Source: a virus. Taken from it: 41,356 nucleotides of DNA. The stretch lies in the IMG/VR virus record IMGVR_UViG_3300045988_077302, positions 1 to 41,356 of that record; one strand, given 5' to 3'. The notes under the pieces were generated by a model. That model saw only the letters and a list, made by a program, of their open reading frames with translations. It was not told the DNA's origin and ran no database searches. Below are positions 32,862 to 41,187 of the stretch, piece after piece (the first letter of the stretch is position 1; every line of letters begins with the position of its first letter). Made by a program: the position numbers and the translations under genes.

Positions 32862-32891
32862 GCACCTGTCGAAAGATGGGTGTTTTCTTTT
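32862..32891 (+). terminator. Intrinsic terminator 30 nt upstream of terS
   Basis: The stem 32862..32870 pairs with 32875..32883 (9 bp including 3 GU pairs), closing a GAAA tetraloop, followed by TTTCTTTT. Confidence 0.6.
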
Positions 32892-32920
32892 ACCCAAAAA
32901 CAGAAAGGAAGTGAGTCTGA

Positions 32921-33430
32921 ATGACTCAGAAACAGAAAAGATTCATAGAAGAGTACCTGATCGACTTAAATGCCACTCAGGCCGCTATCCGTGCCGGGTA
33001 CAGTCCTGATACGGCACAGCAAACTGGAAGTGAAAACCTGTCAAAACCTGTTATTCGTGCACAAATAGACCGCGCGATGGCCGAACGCTCCAAGCGCACT
33101 GGCGTCAATGCTGAACGGGTGGTTCAGGAACTGGCGAAGATTGCCTTCGTGAACGCTGCAGAGGTGATCGACCCAAAGACCGCAACGGTTAAGGAGGATG
33201 CTCTTCCGGAGGATACAGCGGCGATCCAGTCGGTGAAGGTTAAGACCTTCGGTGAGGACGGCCTGGAGCGTGAGATTAAAATGGCCGATAAGCTTAAAGC
33301 CTTGGAGCTCTTGGGGAAGCACCTGGGAATGTTCAAGGATAGGATTGAATTATCCGGCGGCCTCGATACTGAAAAGAGTAAGCTGGACGACCTGATCGGA
33401 CAGATGAGAGGTGGTGATGCTACCTCATGA
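32921..33430 (+). CDS. terS: Terminase small subunit (Terminase_2 type)
   Basis: 169 aa. Contains QKRFIEEYLIDLNATQAAIRAGYSPDTAQQTGSENLSKP. Confidence 0.9.
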   Translation: MTQKQKRFIEEYLIDLNATQAAIRAGYSPDTAQQTGSENLSKPVIRAQIDRAMAERSKRTGVNAERVVQELAKIAFVNAAEVIDPKTATVKEDALPEDTAAIQSVKVKTFGEDGLEREIKMADKLKALELLGKHLGMFKDRIELSGGLDTEKSKLDDLIGQMRGGDATS

Positions 33431-34796
33431 GTTCTGAACGATTACTTTTGTCAGAGAAGTATAAAGCGTTTCTTAGGTGTGATGCACCCGTCGAATTTCT
33501 TGAGGGTACTTAACCACCTATGCAGGTAAGACAACAGTCGGTCTATTTAAGTTCATGCTCAAGGTGGCTGAGAGTCCGAAGAAGCTGCACATCATCGCGG
33601 CCAAAGACACCGGCACCGCCGAGAAGAACATCATCAACAAGGATCTGGGAATTATAGACGATTTCGGGATCCTGGCCGAGTACAACGGCAACGGATCCAA
33701 AGACGATAAGATCCCGCATATCCTCTTCCACACGTCCGGCGGTGACAAGGTCATTTATGTAATGGGCTACGGTGATAAGACGAAATGGCAGAAGGCCCTC
33801 GGCGGCCAGTACGGCTGTCTGTACATCGATGAGATTAACACGGCAGACATTGAGTTTATCCGTGAAGCGTCCATGCGTTGCGATTACATGATGGCGACGC
33901 TTAACCCCGATGATCCGGGGCTGGACGTCTACAAGGAGTATATCAACTGCTCCCGGCCGCTGCCCGAATGGGAGGAAGAGACTCCGCAGGAAATTAGAGA
34001 GGAATTGAGAGAGGAACCGAAACCCGGCTGGGTGCATTGGTTCTTTTCTTTTGCTCACAACTTAGGTCTGAGTAAGGAGAAACTGGATCAGATCATGACT
34101 AACACGCCGAAGGGAACGAAGATCTGGAAGAATAAGATTCAGGGCCTGCGGGGCAGGGCAACCGGGCTGATCTTCCCGAACTTCGAGCGGTCTAAGCATG
34201 TGGTCACGGTTGCCTGGGTGAAGGCACAGGTCGCAGCTGGTAAGATTAAATTTAAGAAGTTTTCGGCCGGCCTGGATACGTCCTACTCAAGCAAGTCCCC
34301 TGACACCATCGCCATGATCTTCCAGGGGACTACCATGGACCGGCGCGTGATCGTGCTGGATGAGAAGGTATACAGTAATGCGGACCTATCGCAGCCGCTG
34401 GCGCCATCGGATACGGTGGGTAAGTTCCTGGACTTCCTGGAGCACAACCGGAAGGCATGGGGGCTTGCCAGGGACGTATTTATCGATTGTGCGGATCAGG
34501 CGACAATCATGGAGCTTAAGAAGTGGAAGCGCCTTCATGGTAGCCTGTACACATTTAACGACAGCTATAAGAAAGTTGAGATTCTGGACCGTATTAAGTT
34601 TATGCTGGGCTGGATCCAGCAGGGCTGTTACCTGGTTGTAGATACGTGCAGAGAGCACCTGGGAGAACTGGACCGGTACAGTTGGCAGGAAGATAAGGAT
34701 CTCCCCGAGGACCGTAACGATCATACGATTAATGCATCACAGTATGGCTGGATCCCATATAGAGGACTTATAGGATTTGAGGAGGCAGAGAAATGA
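33427..34796 (+). CDS. terL: Terminase large subunit, reading frame broken by a -1 shift at 33504..33510
   Basis: ATG 33427 (ATGA-coupled to terS) gives 28 aa ending ...VEFLEGT at a stop. The Walker A motif YAGKTTVG and the other 431 codons lie in the -1 frame, which is open from 33504. The track ORF 33555..34796 lacks the Walker A. Confidence 0.8.
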
Positions 34797-36382
34797 GGTG
34801 GCTATCAACATTGAATGAGAATATCAAACGAGGGATCCGGAGCTGGCTTGATGTCCAGCCGGCCATGGGGCAGAGCATACAGATTCAGGAAACAATGGAC
34901 TTTGAACTTAATGCCATCCGAAACCGGATCTGGTACCGCGGGGACAGTAACGAACTGGAACAGATGTACCAGAGCGTCAATGAGTATGCAGATAAATATA
35001 AGTTCTGGGCCAGTAAATGTACACCTGGCATGGAGATGCGGAAGATTCATACGGGCCTCCCTGGTCTGATCGTGCGGATCCTCTCCGGGATTGTGTTGGC
35101 CGATATGAATGATTTTGAGTTTGAGAGCCCGGCACAGGAACAACTCTGGAAGGAGATAGAGAAAGAAAATAAGTTCAGGAAGGCCCTGGAGCGATCTGTT
35201 AAGGAAGTATTGTATATTGGTGATGGCGCCTACAAGGTGACGATCGACACAAACTTAAGCCAGTACCCGATCCTGGAATGGTATCCGGGGGAGCGGATCG
35301 AGATCATACAGGAGCGCGGCCGGCTAAAAGAGGTCGTGTTTAAAACACCATATATAGACCATCGTCAGCAGTATGTCCTCTACGAGCATTATGGTTATGG
35401 ATACATCCGGAATGAGCTCTATAAGGGAGAACGCGAGGTTGACATGAAGACCATCGAAGCCACGCGGAATATATCCGACTGGAAATTTGATGAGATGGTG
35501 ATCCTGGCAGTGCCGCTCAAGGTGTATGAGAGCACGAAATACGAGGGTCGTGGCGGCTCTATTTTTGACGGCAAACTGGACAGCTTCGATGCATTTGATG
35601 AGGCCTGGTCGCAATGGATGGACGCGCTCCGGGCAGGAAGGGCCAGGACATACATTCCAGAGTCATATATTCCACGAAATCCGGAAACCGGGGAGCTGCT
35701 GAAGGCGAGTGCATTTGATAACCGGTTCATTGCCGGCGACGACAACATGGGTGAAGGCGGAAAGAACCAGATTCTAACGGAGCAGCCAGATATCCCGCAC
35801 GAGAGTTACCTTGCCAGCTATGTGACAGCCTTAGACCTTTGCTTGCAGGGGATCATCAGTCCCAGCACCCTCGGTATTGACGTCAAGAAGCTGGACAATG
35901 CCGAGGCACAAAGGGAGAAAGAGAAGGCCACCCTGTATACTCGTAATGCCATTGTGGAGGCCTTGCAGGAGGAACTTCCGGAAGTGATATCGTTCTGCAT
36001 CAATGCTTATCATATCCTGTTGGGGCAACCGATCGAAGAGGTGAAGGTCGAGATACCGTTTGGCGAGTATGCGAATCCGTCATTCGAGAGTCAGGTTGAG
36101 ACGCTGGCTAAGGCCCGCCCTGGTGCCAGTATTATGAGCATCGAGGCCCAGGTGGAGGAGATGTGGGGAGATAGCAAGGACGAGGCGTGGAAGGCAGAGG
36201 AAGTAAAGCGCCTGAAGGCAGAGCAGGGAATCGCAGAAGTTGAGGAACTAGGCATGAATATGGCTGCCGGTGGCTTCATGGTCAACACGGAAGGAGGAAA
36301 TCCAGATGAAGGTCAAAGTAATGAACCACCTGTACCAGATGAACCAGAAGGAATACCAGGGCTTACTCCAGACGGCAAGTGA
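34793..36382 (+). CDS. Portal protein (SPP1 gp6-like)
   Basis: 529 aa with an ATGA overlap to terL. Size and position fit a portal. Confidence 0.85.
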   Translation: MRWLSTLNENIKRGIRSWLDVQPAMGQSIQIQETMDFELNAIRNRIWYRGDSNELEQMYQSVNEYADKYKFWASKCTPGMEMRKIHTGLPGLIVRILSGIVLADMNDFEFESPAQEQLWKEIEKENKFRKALERSVKEVLYIGDGAYKVTIDTNLSQYPILEWYPGERIEIIQERGRLKEVVFKTPYIDHRQQYVLYEHYGYGYIRNELYKGEREVDMKTIEATRNISDWKFDEMVILAVPLKVYESTKYEGRGGSIFDGKLDSFDAFDEAWSQWMDALRAGRARTYIPESYIPRNPETGELLKASAFDNRFIAGDDNMGEGGKNQILTEQPDIPHESYLASYVTALDLCLQGIISPSTLGIDVKKLDNAEAQREKEKATLYTRNAIVEALQEELPEVISFCINAYHILLGQPIEEVKVEIPFGEYANPSFESQVETLAKARPGASIMSIEAQVEEMWGDSKDEAWKAEEVKRLKAEQGIAEVEELGMNMAAGGFMVNTEGGNPDEGQSNEPPVPDEPEGIPGLTPDGK

Positions 36383-36527
36383 GCAGGTCCCTTTCGGAAT
36401 CTACGCGATTGAGAAACAGGGATATGCGGAGTTGCGCTGCGATAAGTGTACGAGCGTTACCCAGCTTAAAAACCTAACGCGGCAGTTTAAGGCGCAGGGA
36501 TTCAAAGTATATGCAAACGGGAGGTGA
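36306..36527 (+). CDS. Hypothetical 73-aa protein overlapping the portal 3' end
   Basis: ATG 7 nt after AAGGAGGA. It overlaps the portal gene by 77 nt in a different frame. Confidence 0.5.
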   Translation: MKVKVMNHLYQMNQKEYQGLLQTASEQVPFGIYAIEKQGYAELRCDKCTSVTQLKNLTRQFKAQGFKVYANGR

Positions 36528-38221
36528 TGCTGTTGGCGGATTATGATATCGGCGCCGCCTTCGAGGCGATCGAGGACGAACTGATTGCTTCCATGATCCG
36601 GAATATGGACCGTCATCGCGCTTGGGAAGATGACGAGGGAATCCAGTGGAGCATGTGGCAGGCAGAACAGTTAAAAACGCTGGAGAAGTATAAGAAAGCC
36701 AATCAGAAGCGCTACGGGAAGCAGTTTAAGGATATCAACGGTCAGATTGGAGAAATCCTTTACAAGGCAAGGCAGACTGGGAATATGCAGCAAGAGATCC
36801 AGATCCTGAACGCCATTAAGAATGGATTTACCGGCGCAAATAAAGTCTCCCAGGGTACCGCGGCAGAGTTCTTCCGTCTAAACAACCGGAAACTGGAAGC
36901 CCTGATCGAAGCCACCACGAACGATATGGAACGGGCAGAGACAGCAATCCTTAGGAAAGCTAATGATGAGTACCGGAAGGTAATATACAACGCTCAGGTC
37001 TATGCCAATACCGGCGCCGGAACTTACGAGAAGGCCGTGGACATGGCTACAAAGGATATGTTGTCCCGTGGTCTTACATGTGTAGAGTATGCAAACGGAG
37101 CCCGCCATACTCTGGCTGATTACGCTGACATGGCAATCAGGACGGCCAGCAAGCGGGCGTATTTGCAGGGAGAGGGAGAGAAGCGGCAGGAATGGGGAAT
37201 TACCACTGTTATTATGGTAAAGCGTGGGAATCCTTGCCCGAAGTGTCTGCCGTTTGTTGGTAAAGTTCTGATTGATGATGTGTGGAGCGGCGGGAAGAAA
37301 TCCGATGGGTCGTATCCGTTGATGAGCAAGGCCATAGCCGCTGGCTTATACCACCCACGATGTAAGGACAGCCATACAACCTATTTCCCAGGTATCTCCA
37401 CGGCTGATGACTCATGGACAGAGAAGGAGTTGGAGGACATCGGCCAGGCCAATACGCAGGAGACCAAACAACAGTATGCGAAACGGCAGACCGAGAAGTT
37501 TGACAGGCTGTCTGACAACTCGTTGGATGATGAAAATCGGAAACAATATCAGCAGAAGGCGGAGGCGTGGAAAAAACAATGTCCGATATCAATCGGTGGA
37601 ATTGATTGTGCCGTTACGAAAGAGGATTATGGTCTTCCAGATGGCTGTGGTGGTGTCAAGAGAACTGCAAAGGCTACAATATACGAGACTCCGGATGGAA
37701 CAAAATTCGTTTTTCCAGAAAAAATGAATTCTGCAAAGCAAATGATGACTCCCGAAAAGGCAATTGAATTATGGCAAAATGTTCCGGAAACAATTCGACA
37801 ACAGGGGCCAAAGACAATTGAATTTGTGGATTATTATAACCCGCAGGATAGTTATTGGAAGAAGAAGTACAAAAATTTCACACATTCCTATGCAACCGGG
37901 GGAGATAAAATTACATTTTATCGGCATGATTATCCCCACAATGATGACTACGTTGTAAGAACATATTGCCATGAGTCCGGCCATTATATAGATAGGCAGA
38001 TAGCGTCGACTGAAAAACATTTTTCTTCAGAAGTTTTGTGGACAGAGTCTATGAAAAAAGATATAATAGAGTCAGGAAAGAAATCTCCGACACCGTATGG
38101 AGAAAATGCACCAGCGGAAGACTTTGCGGAAAGTATAGCAGAATATGTTGCAGATACAGAAGCATTTAAGAAGAGTTTTCCTAACAGAGCATCTCTTTTA
38201 AATTTAATTTTGGGAATATAG
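36524..38221 (+). CDS. Minor head protein (SPP1 gp7 / Mu F family) fused to a C-terminal HExxH zincin-like domain
   Basis: 565 aa. MuF-type motifs are GNPCPKCLPFVGKV and LYHPRCKDSHT. The C-terminal part has CHESGHYID (37970..37984) and YGENAPAEDFAESIAEY. Confidence 0.8.
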   Translation: MMLLADYDIGAAFEAIEDELIASMIRNMDRHRAWEDDEGIQWSMWQAEQLKTLEKYKKANQKRYGKQFKDINGQIGEILYKARQTGNMQQEIQILNAIKNGFTGANKVSQGTAAEFFRLNNRKLEALIEATTNDMERAETAILRKANDEYRKVIYNAQVYANTGAGTYEKAVDMATKDMLSRGLTCVEYANGARHTLADYADMAIRTASKRAYLQGEGEKRQEWGITTVIMVKRGNPCPKCLPFVGKVLIDDVWSGGKKSDGSYPLMSKAIAAGLYHPRCKDSHTTYFPGISTADDSWTEKELEDIGQANTQETKQQYAKRQTEKFDRLSDNSLDDENRKQYQQKAEAWKKQCPISIGGIDCAVTKEDYGLPDGCGGVKRTAKATIYETPDGTKFVFPEKMNSAKQMMTPEKAIELWQNVPETIRQQGPKTIEFVDYYNPQDSYWKKKYKNFTHSYATGGDKITFYRHDYPHNDDYVVRTYCHESGHYIDRQIASTEKHFSSEVLWTESMKKDIIESGKKSPTPYGENAPAEDFAESIAEYVADTEAFKKSFPNRASLLNLILGI

Positions 38222-38231
38222 GAGGTGAACC

Positions 38232-38405
38232 ATGAAATATCAGAAAATCGAAGAGAAAACACCAAGCGGGGGCGATTATTCAGAAATCTACTATTTCGAT
38301 GATGACAATAATCCAATTGATAAAAAACAGGCGTCAAAATGCGTTATCAGAGAATGTAAAAAAGATGGGGAACTTGTCAATGAAACGTGGGGACGATGTA
38401 AATAA
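38232..38405 (+). CDS. 57-aa protein, candidate immunity/partner of the MuF C-terminal domain
   Basis: Not in the track. ATG 4 nt after GGAGGTGAAC. Translation is MKYQKIEEKTPSGGDYSEIYYFDDDNNPIDKKQASKCVIRECKKDGELVNETWGRCK. Confidence 0.55.
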   Translation: MKYQKIEEKTPSGGDYSEIYYFDDDNNPIDKKQASKCVIRECKKDGELVNETWGRCK

Positions 38406-38441
38406 TATTGCCAGTTTATGGGAAGAGGAGTGATATGGAAG

Positions 38442-38765
38442 ATGGATGATTTTCGTTTGATTTATAAAATCCTTCGCATCCTGCAAAAATCAATGGACTG
38501 TGAGGAAATTGATGCTGACATTTTGTCTCCGGAAAGGCTTGAATTGTCGGTACCGAAATGGAGTCGTATAATGGCGATGTTGTTGAAAGAAGGATACATC
38601 ACAGGGGGAGAGACATGGAATGCTATGGACTGCGGATACCCCAGAGTGTCATTAACAAGACCAGAGATTACTTTAAAAGGTCTTGAGTATCTGGAAGAAA
38701 ATACCCTGATGAAGAAAGCGGCAAGCCTTGCAAAAGGAATAAAGGATACAATACCGGGTTTATAA
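38442..38765 (+). CDS. YjcQ-like winged-helix protein
   Basis: 107 aa from ATG 38442 (RBS GGAAGAGGAG; the track start is 38418). Contains FRLIYKILRIL, WSRIMAMLLKEGYI and TLKGLEYLEENTLMKKA. Confidence 0.6.
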   Translation: MDDFRLIYKILRILQKSMDCEEIDADILSPERLELSVPKWSRIMAMLLKEGYITGGETWNAMDCGYPRVSLTRPEITLKGLEYLEENTLMKKAASLAKGIKDTIPGL

Positions 38766-38796
38766 CCACCAGTCAGTAAATGGCCGGTGGTATTTT

Positions 38797-38812
38797 ATTG
38801 CGATATCGCAAT
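38797..38812. promoter_or_regulatory. Perfect 16-bp palindrome ATTGCGATATCGCAAT
   Basis: Read directly. It shares the 14-bp core TTGCGATATCGCAA with 14005..14018. Confidence 0.5.
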
Positions 38813-38822
38813 AGAATTGATT

Positions 38823-38856
38823 TAACACGCAGGATTACCCTGGGTGTTATTTTTAT
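38823..38856 (+). terminator. Intrinsic terminator upstream of the scaffold/capsid genes
   Basis: TAACACGCAGG pairs with CCTGGGTGTTA (11 bp with 1 mismatch) around a 5-nt loop, followed by TTTTT. A weaker hairpin (ACCACC/GGTGGT plus TTTT) lies at 38765..38796. Confidence 0.55.
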
Positions 38857-38960
38857 GCCCAAACACGAGCAAGGCTTAAAAATCTGCGTGGCCGGCGATA
38901 CCGATGACAATGAACAGCAATAAGGGTGACACCCTCAAAATGGAAAGGAGTAATTGAAGC

Positions 38961-39581
38961 ATGATGAAAAAGATGAATTTACAATTTTTTGCAGAGCCGG
39001 CAGGGGGAGGAGATCCGGGCGCGGGATCAGTACCAGCAGGAGCGGGTCAGCAGACTCCACCAGCCGCTGGCAGTCCACAGGCATCACAGATTGACTATAG
39101 TAAGATCCAGCAGATGCTTGATGGAACATTGGCAGCCAAAGAAGATACGGCGCTGAAGGCCTATTTCAAACAGCAGGGCTTGTCTGAGGAAGAGATGAAG
39201 CAGGCGATTGCAGGATTCAAACAGCAGAAAGCAGCCCAACAGCCGGATGTGAATGCTCTTCAGACACAGATCACGCAGGCTCAGGCTATAGCCCAGAAGG
39301 CAATGCTTGAAAAAGAGGCTACTCTTACAGCGATCAGTCTGGGGCTTGATGCAAAGACAATTCCATATGTCCTTAAGATGGCGGATTTAAGCCAGGTCTC
39401 AGGGCAGGACGGAAAGATCAATGATGAGTCGCTGAAAAATGCGATCAATAAGGTGCTGGAAGACGTGCCGGCGCTTAAACCGCAGGCGGCAGGTTCTACC
39501 GGTTTTATCCAGGTAGGTGCCTCAGGATCCGGACAGCAAACAAGTAATGACGACGCCTTAAAGAAGGCATTCGGACTTTAA
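38961..39581 (+). CDS. Scaffolding protein (DUF4355-like)
   Basis: 206 aa with the MNLQFFAE signature near the N-terminus and a Q/A-rich helical body. It precedes the capsid gene. Confidence 0.8.
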   Translation: MMKKMNLQFFAEPAGGGDPGAGSVPAGAGQQTPPAAGSPQASQIDYSKIQQMLDGTLAAKEDTALKAYFKQQGLSEEEMKQAIAGFKQQKAAQQPDVNALQTQITQAQAIAQKAMLEKEATLTAISLGLDAKTIPYVLKMADLSQVSGQDGKINDESLKNAINKVLEDVPALKPQAAGSTGFIQVGASGSGQQTSNDDALKKAFGL

Positions 39582-39601
39582 AGAAAGAGAGGAACTAACA
39601 C

Positions 39602-40492
39602 ATGGCAGTATACGATTATGCAACAACCTTTACGCAGCTTCTCCAGCAGAAGTATGCAAAAGAACTGTGCTCTGATGCACTGACACAGAGCAATCAGAGT
39701 GTGAAGTTTATTAACGCCCAGACCATTAAACTCCCGAGAATGACGGTATCCGGGTATAAGGATCATACCAGGACACCGGGATTCAACTCCGGTACCCTCA
39801 GTAATGACTGGGAGGCTAAAAAACTGGAGCACGACAGAGATGTGGAATTCTGGATTGATCCCATGGACATCGACGAAACGAATCTTACCTTATCAGTGGC
39901 AAATATCCAGAATACCTTTGAAACGGAGCAGGCGATCCCGGAAAAGGATTCTTACCGTTTTTCCAAGCTCCACGCAGAACTTACAGGATATTCCGGCCGG
40001 ATCAGCAACGATGTGATAGCAGCCGCAAATTTCCTCGAGGCATTTGATGAGGAGATGGCACGCATGGACGAGGCAGGGGTTCCGGAAGAGGGGAGAATGC
40101 TGTACGTCACTCCGGCCATGAACAAGATCATTAAGGAGGCAGAGGGGCTTCAGCGGGTTATGACCGTGACGTCTCCTTCCACCATTAACCGGAATGTCCA
40201 CAGTCTGGATAATGTTTCTATTAAGATGGTACCGGCCGCCAGAATGAAGACAAAGTATGACTTTACAGCCGGCTGTGTGGCGGCGACCGATGCGAAACAG
40301 ATCAACTGGATCCTGATTCATACATCCTGTGTGGTTTGCCGCGACAGGTACAGCTATATCAAGCTGTTTACTCCGGGAACCGATTCCAGGACCGCAGATG
40401 GCTATCTGTACCAGAACCGTAACTTTGGCGATCTGTTCCTGTTGGAGAAAAAGGTAGAAGGCTGTGCCATGAATGTGGCAGCCGGAGCGTAA
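39602..40492 (+). CDS. Major capsid protein
   Basis: 296 aa with RBS GAGAGGAA. It lies directly after the scaffold gene. Confidence 0.8.
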   Translation: MAVYDYATTFTQLLQQKYAKELCSDALTQSNQSVKFINAQTIKLPRMTVSGYKDHTRTPGFNSGTLSNDWEAKKLEHDRDVEFWIDPMDIDETNLTLSVANIQNTFETEQAIPEKDSYRFSKLHAELTGYSGRISNDVIAAANFLEAFDEEMARMDEAGVPEEGRMLYVTPAMNKIIKEAEGLQRVMTVTSPSTINRNVHSLDNVSIKMVPAARMKTKYDFTAGCVAATDAKQINWILIHTSCVVCRDRYSYIKLFTPGTDSRTADGYLYQNRNFGDLFLLEKKVEGCAMNVAAGA

Positions 40493-40504
40493 GGAGGAGC
40501 TAAG

Positions 40505-40792
40505 ATGAGAGCGGTTAAAGGAAACAAGGAGTACACGATTGACGAATCACAGCAGAAGTTTTACCAGGACGGCGGTTTTGATATTCTGGGTGATGATGGC
40601 GAGACAATTGCATATGGCCGCGGCAAGACGGTTCCATATGAGGAGCACGCAAAAGCCGTAAAGGAGATCGAACGCCTGCAGGGAATAGCAGCTGAGCGGT
40701 ACGAAGAATTAGAAGCCTTGAAAGAAGAAATTGCAGGACTCAAGGCTGCGAAACAGGAGCAGAAGGCGCCGGGTAAGAAAGCTGGTGAATAG
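40505..40792 (+). CDS. Hypothetical head-module protein (95 aa)
   Basis: RBS AAGGAGGAG. It has a C-terminal coiled coil. Confidence 0.55.
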   Translation: MRAVKGNKEYTIDESQQKFYQDGGFDILGDDGETIAYGRGKTVPYEEHAKAVKEIERLQGIAAERYEELEALKEEIAGLKAAKQEQKAPGKKAGE

Positions 40793-40793
40793 T

Positions 40794-41183
40794 ATGGCAT
40801 GCGAACCATATGTCACATCAGAATATTACTTTAACGAGTACCACGGTACAGTCCTGAAGGAATGCGCTGAGATCAATCAGCGGCTCCGGCAGGCCAGCCG
40901 CCATATTGATTCCCTGACCTATAACCGCATTATAGGCCGGGGATTTTCCAATTTGACGCCTTTTCAGCAGGAAACAATCAGAGAAGCAGTCTGCCAGCAG
41001 GCGGATTTTGAGTATGAGAACGCCGACGAGATCAGCACAATTTTATCTGGCTATAGTTTGAATGGAGCGTCGGTTCAATTCGGGCAGAGTTGGAACGTCT
41101 ATACGGATAAGGGCGTGGCGATGATGCGTGATACATATGCCCTGTTGTCTCAAACTGGCATGTGCTGCCGGTTAGCGAGGTGA
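40794..41183 (+). CDS. Head-tail connector (gp6-like) protein
   Basis: 129 aa from ATG 40794 (track ORF trimmed). The call rests on its position between the capsid and head-closure genes. Confidence 0.55.
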   Translation: MACEPYVTSEYYFNEYHGTVLKECAEINQRLRQASRHIDSLTYNRIIGRGFSNLTPFQQETIREAVCQQADFEYENADEISTILSGYSLNGASVQFGQSWNVYTDKGVAMMRDTYALLSQTGMCCRLAR

Positions 41184-41187
41184 TTTA

